Source of the DNA: a virus
Length of the DNA stretch: 64,000 nucleotides
Reading direction: 5' to 3' (one strand)
Virus record (IMG/VR): IMGVR_UViG_3300025853_000033
In this document: in pieces, positions 15,877 through 26,717 of the stretch
How the letters are laid out: each line of letters begins with the position of its first letter
Numbering within the stretch: position 1 is the first letter of the stretch
The notes under the pieces: generated by a model
Database searches by the model: none
The model's input: the letters and a program-made list of their open reading frames with translations, nothing else
Told to the model about the DNA's origin: nothing
Made by a program: the position numbers and the translations under genes

Positions 15877-18800
15877 CCACCCAGTTTTTCCATGAGTGCC
15901 TCGACTTGCTTGGTCAACAAATCTATTTTAGCATTTTGTTCTTCAATTGTCTTCTGTTGCTCTTTAAATGCTTCAATAAAAACACCAGCGAAATTACCAT
16001 ATGCAACAGATTTAATTTCATCACCTTGCCCATTTACTAACTCAGGGAATACTTTTTCAACTTCCTGTGCAATCACACCAATTTGGTGTGGATTATCTTC
16101 TAAATCATTTCTATCATATTCAACACCTCTTAAAGATAAAACTTTATCAAGAGCATTGTCAATTTGTTTTACATTATCCTTAAGTCTAGCGTCAGAGTTT
16201 GCAGTAACACTACCACCAACATTTAAGTTACCAGTTGATGGATTAATTGTATAATTTACATTGGTAAAGTAAGACTCCGCTGTTCCTGGTGCTGCATTAT
16301 TACTATTAACAAAGGTAGGATAAAAAGTTGCATTTGTTGTAGTTAGTTGGGTTAATAGTGCATCTGAAGTCTGTGAATTAGATGGAGTAAATGTATTTAC
16401 AGATACTGCAGTAACTCTTCCCTTTGTATCAACAGTAATTGTTGGAATTTCCGTTGCAGAACCATAATTACCAGCGGCTAATCCTGCAAAAGTGGGAAGA
16501 CTCACTGCCAAATTAACATCGGCAGTTCCATCAAAAGATACTGGACTTGCTGTAGATACGTCACCACTAACACTGAAGTTCCTAGCAGTTTGTAATTTTG
16601 TTGCACTATCAGCATTTCCAGTAATTGGCGCTGATATATTTGTTGCTGTTATATTATCAGCGTAGATATGATTCCATCTTATTGTATTTGTTCCCAAGTC
16701 AAACGTAGAATCTGCAGATGGTCTAACTCCAGATTCATTGATCCTCATAATTGAAGTGAGTTGTCCTGCGGTAACTGCAGAAGCACCAGTTTTTAGATAA
16801 AAGTCCAAATAAACTGGATTAGACAAATCATCAGTATTACAAACTATTCTTGCAGAGTTTCCAGTCTGACCAGTATTAGTAGGATCTTCAGCTAAACCAT
16901 CTTTATGATTAAAGGTGATGTTTGCATTACCATATCCATCATTAATTGTAAGGGCAACTCCACGATTATTTCTTCCAGCAACTAAATCACCATAACATAT
17001 TAAGTCATCTCCACTGGGATTCCATCTGAGACCAGTATCTACTTTTATATCTTGATAATTTCCACCACCACCATCCGTAAAACAAAGATATCTTTCTGTT
17101 GTTCCAGTGCTTTCCGTGGTTACCTTTACTTTATCTGCCTGAGCAACAGTAGCAGTACCAAAATTAACACCAACAGCTGTTACTCCAGTAATTCTTCCCT
17201 TTGCATCAACAGAAAAAGTAGGAATTTGTGTTGAAGATCCATAACTAGCAGAAGTAACTCCAGTATTTGTTAAACTTCCATTCAATACAACAGGACCAGT
17301 ACCATCAAAAGATACTGTTGGAGATGTTAAATCATTACCAAGACTAAAGTTCTGAGCATTAGTTAATGCATCAGCAAAAGCAACTGTAGCAGCAGAGAAA
17401 TTAATATCTAACTCTTGAGCACTTGTAATTCTTCCTTTAGCATCTACGGAAATTTGAGCAACTTTTGATGTTGTTCCATAAGTTGCAGATGTAACACCAG
17501 TAGTAACTAAATTACCCTGCAATACAACAGGACCAGTACCATCAAAAGATACTGTTGGAGATGTTAAATCATTACCAAGACTAAAGTTCCTAGCAGTTTC
17601 TAATGCTGTTGCTGTATCAGCATTTCCAGTAATTTGTCCACTAAATGTAGTTGCATATACAGTTGCCCACTTAGCACTAGAAGTTCCAAGATCTAAAGCA
17701 TTATTACTTAGCGGTCTAAAAGCATCATTATTAGAATCTAATCTGACTCCTTGAGTGTATGCTACTGCATCATTAGCATTAGCACCTTGTCCAGCTACTT
17801 GAATGTCAACTAAACCACTACTTCCATCAGAGGTTAAAGTAATTTTTGCCGCACCATCATTGGCAAGAACGTATTTATCTCCTCCCGAATTATAATAAGA
17901 TCCAGATCTAAGTGTTAAATTTCCACCACCATCATTCCAAGAAAGTCTTTTTTGTCCAACATTATCTAACAACAATGCTCCAGATATACCATTTAACCAG
18001 ATAGCAGCTTCATCCTTTTGTCTGGCATCTGTATTGCTAAGTATTAAAGTATCTTTAGATGGATTATATGTAATCCCACTATCAGTATATAAAGCCTCAT
18101 AAACGGCAGGACTAGCTGCATTATTACCATCAACAAAAGTTATATTAAAACTAGCATCTGTTGCAATAGATTGTGTTCTTATATTATCTGCATTATTAAC
18201 AGTAGCAGTGCCAAAATCAATAAGAGTATCAGTTACACCAGTTATTCTTCCTTTTGCATCAACATCAAATACGGGAACTTGTGTGGAAGATCCATAAGTT
18301 GCAGATGTAACTCCACTAGTAACTAAATTACCCTGCAACACAACATCACCAGTTCCATTAAAGGATACTACAGGAGAAGTTAAATCATTACCAAGACTAA
18401 AACTTCTAGATGTTGTTAATGCATCAGCAAAAGCAACTTGTGCTTGAGTTACATCAAGAAGAGTTTCAGTTACTCCAGTAATTCTTCCCTTTGCATCAAC
18501 ATCAAACACAGGGATTTGTGTTGATGATCCATAGGTATCAGATGTAACTCCAGTATTGACAAGATTTCCATTCAAAACAACATCATCAGTACCATTAAAT
18601 GATACTATAGGAGAAGTTAAATCATTAGCAAGACTAAAGTTTCTCGATGTTGTTAAAGAATCTGCTTTTGCAACTTGAGATTCTGCAAAGTTTACTAAAG
18701 TATTTGTTACACTAAGAATTCTTCCTTTTGCATCGACATCAAATACTGGTATTTCAGTTTGTGATCCATAGGTAGCAGACGTAACACCAGTGTTATCTAA

Positions 18801-21800
18801 AGTTGCAACTAACTGTACATTATCAGTTCCGTCAAAAGATACTGATGGAGCATCAACATCACCAATAATACTGAAGTTTCTAGCAACACTCAAAGAATTT
18901 GCAGTTGCTACACTTGCGGTTCCAAAATCAATTGCAACATTTATTGCACTAGTAATTCTTCCCTTTGCATCAACAGAAAATTGTGGTATTGCAGTAGATG
19001 TACCATATGTATCAGATGTAACGCCAGTAGTAACTAAATTACCATTCAAAACAACATCATCAGTACCATTAAATGATACTATAGGAGAAGTTAAATCATT
19101 AGCAAGACTAAAGTTTCTTGATGTTGTTAATGAATCTGCTCTTGCAACTTGAGATTCTCCAAAATTAATATTAGTGTTAACTACATTTGTTATTCTACCT
19201 TTTGCATCGACATCGAATACAGGAACAATAGTAGCAGAACCATAACTAGCAGAAGTAACTCCACTATTAACAAGATTAGCATTTAATATAACATTATCAG
19301 TTCCATCAAAAGATACTGTTGGAGATGTTAAATCATTAGCAAGACTAAAATCTCTTGCATTCTTTAATGAATCTGCAGTTGCAACATTTGCTTCACTAAA
19401 ATCAATAGCAACGTCTACTGCACTAGTAATTCTTCCCTTTGCATCAACAGAAAAGGTAGGAATTTGTGTTGAATTTCCATAACTACCTGATGTAACTCCA
19501 GTATTAACCAGATTAGCATTTAATATTACATCATCAGTACCATTAAATCCAACTGCTGGAGAAGTAAGATCATTAGCAAGACTAAAGTTTCTTGATGTTG
19601 TTAAAGAATCTGCTCTGGATACTTCTGTAGTGGATACATTTGTTATTCTACCTTTTGCATCAACAGTAATTATTGGTATAGATATTGGATTACCATAAAT
19701 TGCAGATGTAACCCCAGTATTAACTAGATTAGCATTTAATATGACATTAGCAGTTCCATCAAAAGATACTACTGGGGATGTTAGATCATTAGCAAGACTA
19801 AACTCTCTTGCAGTCTCTAATTTAGTTGCAGAATCAGCATTTCCAACGAGATCACCATCTAAAGTTTCTGCCCAAACAGTATTCCATTTAAGCGCCGAAG
19901 TTCCTAAAGTATAAGTTCCAGGAATGGATGGTGTTACAGTACCAGCAATAGTTACTATTGAAGAGGAATCAATTACTGTTGTTCCAATTCCAACCTTACC
20001 ATCAGTTCTATTAACTATTAAATATGGATCATTACTTAAATCAGAATCACCATCAATTGCCCACCAATCAGCAAAATTGACAAGTCCTGCCCACATAGAT
20101 CCAGAACTGTTTTTATATTCAATTGCCGATACACCAGTATTTTTTCTTTCTAAGACTAATGGAATACTGTCTGGAGATATAATATTTACTTCTCCCGTAG
20201 ATGGATTAAATGTTATACCACCATCAGATGCTCCATCTGCAGTATATAAATTTTCATACTGAGCTGGACTATTATCACTATCAACAAATGTAATATAATG
20301 TGTGGCATTATCAGATCTTCTTTGCGTTCTTATTTGATTTGCAGTTCCTGCTGCAAGTTGATCCTGATCCGTCCAGTTTGTGCCAGTTATTGTCGATAAT
20401 AAAACTTGCCCATTACCACCAGAATCAAAAGTAGAATCAATAAAAGCACCACGAATAGATATGTCACCTTCAAAAGTAGCATTACCAGTTACTCTTGATG
20501 TTCCACCAACAAAAAATCTATCAGTAGGATCTATACTATTAATTCCAACATTACCATCTCCACGTAAAGTTAATACTCTACTTGCCTGATTTGTAGTTCC
20601 ATTATGAACATCAAATCCCATATAATTACCACCTGGAGCGGAATCATTATATGTTCTAATATAAAAAGGTCTTGATGTCGTATCCTGTCTATCAAATCTT
20701 ATTGAACCTTCATCCTGGAAGGTTGTCATAATATCGAATCTTGGTTCTCCAGATACATGTAATTTTGCTGCAGGTTCTGACTTACCTATACCAAAATTTC
20801 CAGTGCTAGGTTGATATGCCAGAAAAGCATTAGTATATAACTGCTCAAAATCTGGTGTATCATTATTAGAATCTAAAAAGCTAGGATAAAAATAAGCAGC
20901 ATTTGATGTAGATTGACTTAATACCCTATTTGCCTGTGCTACGGTTGCGTTTGCAAAATCAATACCAACATTTACTGCTGTAGTAATTCTTCCCTTTGCA
21001 TCAACAGTAATTTGTGGTACATTGGTAGAAGAACCATAAGTATTTGGAGTAACTCCAGTATTATTTAAAGTAAGTGCTAATCCAACATTAGCAGTACCAT
21101 CAAATAATACTGAAGAAGCAACAGCATCACCACTAATGCTAAATTCTCTTGCAGTTTCTAATTGAGTTGCAGTATTTGAATTTCCAGTAAAAGAAATTCC
21201 ATAAACAGTTGCCCACTGAGATCCAGTTGCTCCAATATCTCTAGATGCATCACCAGTAGGAATTAAATTTGTATCAATTTTTGACAGTATATTTACGGTA
21301 TCATTTATATCATCACCAATAAGTACATTTCCTCTAAAAGTTGTTACACCAGTGATTATTGTATTTGGTAAAAATATTGTTTGTGATCCTGGGTTATAGT
21401 ATAGGTTATTATTAGTATAATATGATTCATATGGATTTAGTGCAGTAGTAGGATTATTACTATCAACAAAAGTCAAAAACCTATTAACGTTAGTAATATC
21501 TGTTACTGTTTTTAGTGTATCAGCTTTTAAAGATACTCCATCAATAGTATTTGCATAGACTACATCCCACTTTAAAAGAGCATTACCAAGATCAAATTGA
21601 CCTGGAGATTTGGGAATTATATCACTATTAATTTTGGAATTAAACTCTACTATTTTATTATTATCTGTACCAAAACCAACATCCCCATAAAATGTCGCAT
21701 TTGTTGCATGGATTGTATTCCACCTAATACTATCCTTTCCCAGATCGTAATTATTATCAAGAGATGGTACTAATGCACCTTGAATACTAGTAATTCCAGA

Positions 21801-22844
21801 TAAAGTGACAATACCATTAATATCTAAGGTGTTTGTATCTACATCAGTAAATAAAGCATTAACACCATAAACATTATTCCAAGTATTAATATTAGAACCC
21901 AAATCATATGTGGATGCTACTGAAGGTATAAAATTACTTTGTATATTAGACTGAAATTCTACATTATTATTAAATGTTGCAATACCAGATACAAAAATAT
22001 TCCCTTCTAATAAAGCGTCTCCTCTAAGATCAAAGGTTTGTCTTGGAGTTGAAGTACCCACACCAACCCTTTCAGTCAGTGGATTATAGTAAAAAGTCTC
22101 TGCACTAACTACAGTTCCTGTTGCGCTCTTATACTGAACACCATAAACTGGGCCCACACTAAAGAAGCTTAGTTCATCATTGGGTAACCACTCAACCCCA
22201 CCAAAAGTATTAGAAACTAGAACACTTGGTTCGGCAGTTCCATTATTATTATAATAATCATATATTGTTCCAGTCAATCTCATATCCCCATTAATATGGA
22301 GAGTTCTTTCTGGTTGTGTTGTTGCTATTCCAACTCTTGCATCATCAAGTGCTGTTATAATAGTTCCACCAGCACCTACTTTTAATTCTGCTTCTATAGT
22401 TAAAAGGGGATCTAATGGATCAAACGTGAATCCAGAAGAAGTTGCAAAATCACCATTATTTTTAAATAGAACTTCAGTATCATTACCTGGGGGAGATACT
22501 GTAATTGTAGATATATTACTAAAATTCTCTGCTGTTGCTACAATAGAATTTCCTTTAAAGTTTAATCTAGTAATACTATTACCAGTACCTACAATAAAAT
22601 TTTCATCAAATATACTCAAACCAATTGAGTTAAATCCGATGGGAGGAACCTGCCAATATCTATCATAGGTATCCCCATCATCAAAAGTAACCAATTGATA
22701 ATAATTTGGTTTTAATGGCAAAGTTTTTTCTGTAGGAAACCCAAGATTTGGTTCCGCTTCTTCGATTCTTAATTGTCTATATCTACCAGTACTAAGACCA
22801 GAGAATCTGGCAATTCTTTGTCTTCCAGATATATGCTTTGCCAT
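15873..22844 (-). CDS. Long tail-fibre protein with ~79-aa repeats and C-terminal peptidase S74 chaperone
   Basis: Eleven copies of A..L..AR.FS...D..S..VSF.GT..V.L...L..TGVT...YG....P...VDAKGRIT; C-terminal NSDARLKDNV...IGVIAQEVE. Confidence 0.9.
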   Translation of the reverse strand: MAKHISGRQRIARFSGLSTGRYRQLRIEEAEPNLGFPTEKTLPLKPNYYQLVTFDDGDTYDRYWQVPPIGFNSIGLSIFDENFIVGTGNSITRLNFKGNSIVATAENFSNISTITVSPPGNDTEVLFKNNGDFATSSGFTFDPLDPLLTIEAELKVGAGGTIITALDDARVGIATTQPERTLHINGDMRLTGTIYDYYNNNGTAEPSVLVSNTFGGVEWLPNDELSFFSVGPVYGVQYKSATGTVVSAETFYYNPLTERVGVGTSTPRQTFDLRGDALLEGNIFVSGIATFNNNVEFQSNIQSNFIPSVASTYDLGSNINTWNNVYGVNALFTDVDTNTLDINGIVTLSGITSIQGALVPSLDNNYDLGKDSIRWNTIHATNATFYGDVGFGTDNNKIVEFNSKINSDIIPKSPGQFDLGNALLKWDVVYANTIDGVSLKADTLKTVTDITNVNRFLTFVDSNNPTTALNPYESYYTNNNLYYNPGSQTIFLPNTIITGVTTFRGNVLIGDDINDTVNILSKIDTNLIPTGDASRDIGATGSQWATVYGISFTGNSNTATQLETAREFSISGDAVASSVLFDGTANVGLALTLNNTGVTPNTYGSSTNVPQITVDAKGRITTAVNVGIDFANATVAQANRVLSQSTSNAAYFYPSFLDSNNDTPDFEQLYTNAFLAYQPSTGNFGIGKSEPAAKLHVSGEPRFDIMTTFQDEGSIRFDRQDTTSRPFYIRTYNDSAPGGNYMGFDVHNGTTNQASRVLTLRGDGNVGINSIDPTDRFFVGGTSRVTGNATFEGDISIRGAFIDSTFDSGGNGQVLLSTITGTNWTDQDQLAAGTANQIRTQRRSDNATHYITFVDSDNSPAQYENLYTADGASDGGITFNPSTGEVNIISPDSIPLVLERKNTGVSAIEYKNSSGSMWAGLVNFADWWAIDGDSDLSNDPYLIVNRTDGKVGIGTTVIDSSSIVTIAGTVTPSIPGTYTLGTSALKWNTVWAETLDGDLVGNADSATKLETAREFSLANDLTSPVVSFDGTANVILNANLVNTGVTSAIYGNPISIPIITVDAKGRITNVSTTEVSRADSLTTSRNFSLANDLTSPAVGFNGTDDVILNANLVNTGVTSGSYGNSTQIPTFSVDAKGRITSAVDVAIDFSEANVATADSLKNARDFSLANDLTSPTVSFDGTDNVILNANLVNSGVTSASYGSATIVPVFDVDAKGRITNVVNTNINFGESQVARADSLTTSRNFSLANDLTSPIVSFNGTDDVVLNGNLVTTGVTSDTYGTSTAIPQFSVDAKGRITSAINVAIDFGTASVATANSLSVARNFSIIGDVDAPSVSFDGTDNVQLVATLDNTGVTSATYGSQTEIPVFDVDAKGRILSVTNTLVNFAESQVAKADSLTTSRNFSLANDLTSPIVSFNGTDDVVLNGNLVNTGVTSDTYGSSTQIPVFDVDAKGRITGVTETLLDVTQAQVAFADALTTSRSFSLGNDLTSPVVSFNGTGDVVLQGNLVTSGVTSATYGSSTQVPVFDVDAKGRITGVTDTLIDFGTATVNNADNIRTQSIATDASFNITFVDGNNAASPAVYEALYTDSGITYNPSKDTLILSNTDARQKDEAAIWLNGISGALLLDNVGQKRLSWNDGGGNLTLRSGSYYNSGGDKYVLANDGAAKITLTSDGSSGLVDIQVAGQGANANDAVAYTQGVRLDSNNDAFRPLSNNALDLGTSSAKWATVYATTFSGQITGNADTATALETARNFSLGNDLTSPTVSFDGTGPVVLQGNLVTTGVTSATYGTTSKVAQISVDAKGRITSAQELDINFSAATVAFADALTNAQNFSLGNDLTSPTVSFDGTGPVVLNGSLTNTGVTSASYGSSTQIPTFSVDAKGRITGVTAVGVNFGTATVAQADKVKVTTESTGTTERYLCFTDGGGGNYQDIKVDTGLRWNPSGDDLICYGDLVAGRNNRGVALTINDGYGNANITFNHKDGLAEDPTNTGQTGNSARIVCNTDDLSNPVYLDFYLKTGASAVTAGQLTSIMRINESGVRPSADSTFDLGTNTIRWNHIYADNITATNISAPITGNADSATKLQTARNFSVSGDVSTASPVSFDGTADVNLAVSLPTFAGLAAGNYGSATEIPTITVDTKGRVTAVSVNTFTPSNSQTSDALLTQLTTTNATFYPTFVNSNNAAPGTAESYFTNVNYTINPSTGNLNVGGSVTANSDARLKDNVKQIDNALDKVLSLRGVEYDRNDLEDNPHQIGVIAQEVEKVFPELVNGQGDEIKSVAYGNFAGVFIEAFKEQQKTIEEQNAKIDLLTKQVEALMEKLGG
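18190..19840 (-). repeat. Seven tandem ~237-bp coding repeats within the tail fibre (boundaries approximate)
   Basis: Recurring atcattagcaagactaaa and attcttccctttgcatc segments at about 237-bp spacing. Further copies near 20930-21180, 17130-17620 (two) and 16390-16610. Confidence 0.85.
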
Positions 22845-22846
22845 AA

Positions 22847-23500
22847 TTATACAATACTATTTTCTAGGATGCTACAAATAAATTCTAATTCTATAGGAGA
22901 AACTTTTCCTCCCTGAACATATGTATGGGTAATGCCTGCGCCAACACCAGTATTAGTTATAAACACATTTGCTGCATCTATTTGCTCAACAGTAAAAGTA
23001 CTTTGTGGTGCTGGGAATATAGTTGTAGTTATTCCAGAGGAGTATCCAGCACAAGTAAATTCTAATCCACTCATCGTAATTTCATCACCAGCAACAAAAT
23101 TATGATTTTGCAAAGTCGTAACGGTTGCAATTCCACTAATATGATCATAAACACAATTTGTTATGGTGACTACTCCAGGATTAGAATCACTCTTAACAAC
23201 AAGAGAATCGGAATATAATGCTGTTCTTTCCAGAATCAATCTACCATCAAGAACAACTAAAGAATCATTGGGAAATACTTCTGCTTCTTTAATAATTCTA
23301 ACATCCCTAACATTACCAAATCTAGATTTTCTCCTTTGTACCACAGTAACTTTTGGGTATGCAACTTCTTTTGCAACGTTTGAGACCTGAGCATACAAAA
23401 CAATAGAAGCTACTCCAGTTGGTGTAGTATAAACTACTTGTTCTCCAGGAGCAACTGGAACAGATATATTAAGAAACTTATTAAGTGGTGCTACTGCCAT
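22847..23500 (-). CDS. Virion structural protein (cyanophage conserved)
   Basis: MAVAPLNKF...VYTTPTGVASIVLYAQVSN; lies in the tail gene array. Confidence 0.7.
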   Translation of the reverse strand: MAVAPLNKFLNISVPVAPGEQVVYTTPTGVASIVLYAQVSNVAKEVAYPKVTVVQRRKSRFGNVRDVRIIKEAEVFPNDSLVVLDGRLILERTALYSDSLVVKSDSNPGVVTITNCVYDHISGIATVTTLQNHNFVAGDEITMSGLEFTCAGYSSGITTTIFPAPQSTFTVEQIDAANVFITNTGVGAGITHTYVQGGKVSPIELEFICSILENSIV

Positions 23501-23504
23501 ATTA

Positions 23505-26018
23505 TTATCTTGCGGAACTGCTTAATGCTAGGATTAGTGGTGTTAATTCTGCCTGAATTGCTTTACTGAATGACCTTCCACGAATAGTAGATGTTGGTTG
23601 ATTAATTTGGAATCCTTCACCAATATCAAAATTACCTTTTTGGTCCGTACTCGTAAAAGGAATTTGTGCTCCAGCAAGAGCAACTATTTCATTCTCCTTG
23701 ATAGGAACAGCTCCTTGAAGGGGAGTCACTGTATTTATACTAGTACCAGCACCAACATATTCAAATGAATGAGAACTGGTCAAAATCCTAGAAATTCTTT
23801 TTATGTCAACATCAACTCCAGCATCAATCAAATATGGAACAAATTCGTTAAAAGTTACAGTAGTAGTTCCAGATCCATCTGGTTCTGTTGCTTCAGACAC
23901 TGTATAATATATTGGTTCCATATTAACTTTTATAAGAGAAGGATCAATAATGGTTCCGTTTATCTGAACTCTCATATTTTCAACTTGAGTTGGAAGATAA
24001 TTTCTACCACTATTAATAATATCAATAGCAACTAGTCTTCCACTGATTGGATCTATAGTGGGACTAACTTCTGCAGTAATACCTTCTGGACCTAAAGGAG
24101 TTGTACTTCCATTAGTTGCATCTACAAGAAGTACACTTGGTGGAGCAGTAGCACTAAACTGATTTATACTCCCAAATGCACCAGAAGGAATAGTCACACT
24201 ACTAACAAGTTGTAATGGTGCTGTCAATATACCAGCAACTGTATTAATTTTAAAGAATAATGCTTGACCATCATAAGGTCTTTTATATTGACCAAAAGTA
24301 TCTATGGTATTTGTAAGAATAACAGTATCAGTTTGATCCGTAGTTGCTTGACTTACAGTTGCAGTAAATTCTGTTCTTCCAAGTCCAACAGCATATAAAC
24401 CAAAATTACCAAAAGACGTGTTTGAGTTTGTTAAATCACAAGAACCTCCAGTATCACAATATATTCCAATATTAGAATTAATTGTAAAAATTGAAACTAA
24501 TTGTGCGTATCCACTATTGGTAATAGAAACTCCAATTCCAGCTTCGTTATATTGTGTGAACGAATCACAGACCATGGATTTTAAGTCTGCTCCCGAACCT
24601 GGAATAGATGCGCTTGCATGATCACCATTTATTTTCATACCAATACTTTTTGGCATAAAATTAGTACAATTTCTTACGTATGGACTTCTCCATCTACCAG
24701 TTTCACCCTCAAATGTGGGTCCAAGACCAATAAATCCACTATTTGCTTGCTCAGTAACTGAAGTTGGAGGAAAAGCTACAGCAGCTCCTCCTGGATTATC
24801 GACAAATCCACCAAAACCGTCTGATTCACAAGTAAAAGACAAATTCTCAACTAGACATCCTCTTCTTACATGGAAAAAATCTAGTCCTTTATTATCTGGA
24901 ATTAAATTCACCAATCTAAGATCTTGTCCAGTAACTGACACATCACTACGGAGACCAATTGGATTGTTTTCAGTGTAAGTTCCAGACCTTATGAATATAG
25001 TATCTCCAGGTTGTGCTATTTCTGCTGCTGCACCTATAGTTCTTTTAGCATCACCTTCCAATAATCCAGTATTGGCATCATCACCATCCATAGTGACCCA
25101 GATAGTGTTTTCTGTCTCTACACCTGCAGGTCTCCATGATACGCCAGTTCCTACAGAAGACAATCTATAATCTTTATTAGTTGGTCCAACACTATCATTT
25201 ATATCTTGTAGTGTTGACCTAACTTCAATTCTTTGATTAAAAGTAGATATTCCACCAACACTTAATCCACTATTAATCCCAACTTCATTATCAAAATCGG
25301 CTCTACCAATAACTCTAAGTGGTCCTATAGTGGATATTCCACTCACTGTAAAGTTACTGCCTATACCAACTTCGGCATAAAAAGTCGATATACCAGAAAC
25401 AGTAAAATTACTAGCAAGTGTAGCGATACCAAGAACTTCAAGATCCTTTTCTATTATCAGATCATCCTTAAATGTTGATAATCCAATAACCTCTGCACCT
25501 TCAGTAATACGAACATTGCCAATAACATCTAATGATGTTTGGGGAAATTGGGTATTAATTCCAACATTACTATCTCTATAGATATTATTTCCACTTAATG
25601 CCCATCTATCAGATATTGTAATAGTAGCAACTCTACTTGTTTCAGATACTGCTGCAGATACTAAGTTATTTTGATCATTGCCATCATAAAAATCAAGTCT
25701 ATTTGCCAGTCCTTGCTCTACTCCCTCATCATAAATATCGATTGCAAGAATAGGAGTAGATGCAGATCCAACATTTCCCCAATATACACCGTTGACATCA
25801 GCAATGAGTACGTCACCAGGATTACCAGTATTACCAAACTGGTCAGTCAAATATGCATCAACAAAGAGATTATCTATTGCCTTCAAATTATCTGCCTGAA
25901 GATCTATCAAAACTTCTGGTACAGAATAGGCAACATCAAAATTTGTATCCGCTACTGATACAAACTCTATTTCATTAGATACAGAATATTTTTTAGTATA
26001 CTGGAAAGTATGTGGCAT
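23505..26018 (-). CDS. Virion structural / fibre protein with pectin-lyase-like beta-helix region
   Basis: TIWVTMDGDDANTG...KRTIGAA...GDTIFIRSGTYTE, and VSGIST repeats. Confidence 0.7.
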   Translation of the reverse strand: MPHTFQYTKKYSVSNEIEFVSVADTNFDVAYSVPEVLIDLQADNLKAIDNLFVDAYLTDQFGNTGNPGDVLIADVNGVYWGNVGSASTPILAIDIYDEGVEQGLANRLDFYDGNDQNNLVSAAVSETSRVATITISDRWALSGNNIYRDSNVGINTQFPQTSLDVIGNVRITEGAEVIGLSTFKDDLIIEKDLEVLGIATLASNFTVSGISTFYAEVGIGSNFTVSGISTIGPLRVIGRADFDNEVGINSGLSVGGISTFNQRIEVRSTLQDINDSVGPTNKDYRLSSVGTGVSWRPAGVETENTIWVTMDGDDANTGLLEGDAKRTIGAAAEIAQPGDTIFIRSGTYTENNPIGLRSDVSVTGQDLRLVNLIPDNKGLDFFHVRRGCLVENLSFTCESDGFGGFVDNPGGAAVAFPPTSVTEQANSGFIGLGPTFEGETGRWRSPYVRNCTNFMPKSIGMKINGDHASASIPGSGADLKSMVCDSFTQYNEAGIGVSITNSGYAQLVSIFTINSNIGIYCDTGGSCDLTNSNTSFGNFGLYAVGLGRTEFTATVSQATTDQTDTVILTNTIDTFGQYKRPYDGQALFFKINTVAGILTAPLQLVSSVTIPSGAFGSINQFSATAPPSVLLVDATNGSTTPLGPEGITAEVSPTIDPISGRLVAIDIINSGRNYLPTQVENMRVQINGTIIDPSLIKVNMEPIYYTVSEATEPDGSGTTTVTFNEFVPYLIDAGVDVDIKRISRILTSSHSFEYVGAGTSINTVTPLQGAVPIKENEIVALAGAQIPFTSTDQKGNFDIGEGFQINQPTSTIRGRSFSKAIQAELTPLILALSSSAR

Positions 26019-26029
26019 TTAGATTCTCC

Positions 26030-26713
26030 TTAAGATCTTATATCATAATTCCAACCAACCACAGAATATTGACTATCATCTCCAGGGTAATCTGCAGGAG
26101 ACTCACCTTCATATTCAACAATTAATTTTTCACCATCTTTTCTTTCACCTTGAACTAAGTAGCTACAATTAATAGTACTTCCAGCATTATTAGATACTTT
26201 AATCTTTGTTCCCCACTCTACAATTTCATAAAAAAGTTCCTGATAATGACCTATGGATGTTAGTTGTACTGTTATTGATTCTGGATCAACCAACCCACTC
26301 CAGTATTCTGGAAGAGTTATGTATGATTCTTCCTTTATTTTACCTCTAACATAAACACCATTTTCTGGACCCTCTAAGCAAGTATGTCTAAGTCTCCAAC
26401 CTTTTTTAGTTGGGTGCGGGATATCAAAATTTTTCTTAGCGGATAACCTATGGGCTCCACCACCAGAATATACTTCAGAAGCCAAGACCCTACCTAAAGC
26501 AGTTACATTTTCCTGAACCTGAAGATCACCAACTTTCATATAATAATACTTATACTGATCACACTTTACAAATGGGATATCTGCTGGAAGAGGATCAGAA
26601 TCCTGATTTTCAAACTTAACTACCCAATCATAAAAAGTATTATTTACACCAGATACTGGTTTTTCCGCACAATCAATTTTACCGCTGCTTTTAGGTTGTA
26701 ATGAATATGCCAT
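26030..26713 (-). CDS. Tail-associated protein with intramolecular-chaperone-like C-terminal domain
   Basis: SAKKNFDIPHPTKKGWRLRHTCLEGPENGVYVRG...LPEYWSGLVD. Confidence 0.6.
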   Translation of the reverse strand: MAYSLQPKSSGKIDCAEKPVSGVNNTFYDWVVKFENQDSDPLPADIPFVKCDQYKYYYMKVGDLQVQENVTALGRVLASEVYSGGGAHRLSAKKNFDIPHPTKKGWRLRHTCLEGPENGVYVRGKIKEESYITLPEYWSGLVDPESITVQLTSIGHYQELFYEIVEWGTKIKVSNNAGSTINCSYLVQGERKDGEKLIVEYEGESPADYPGDDSQYSVVGWNYDIRS

Positions 26714-26717
26714 AATT

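Noticed and set aside
16390-21180. Regularly spaced DNA repeats as a possible CRISPR array or DGR template
   Set aside because: The repeats are in-frame ~237-bp coding units of the tail fibre with synonymous divergence. There are no unique spacers, no cas or RT gene, and no adenine-specific variation.
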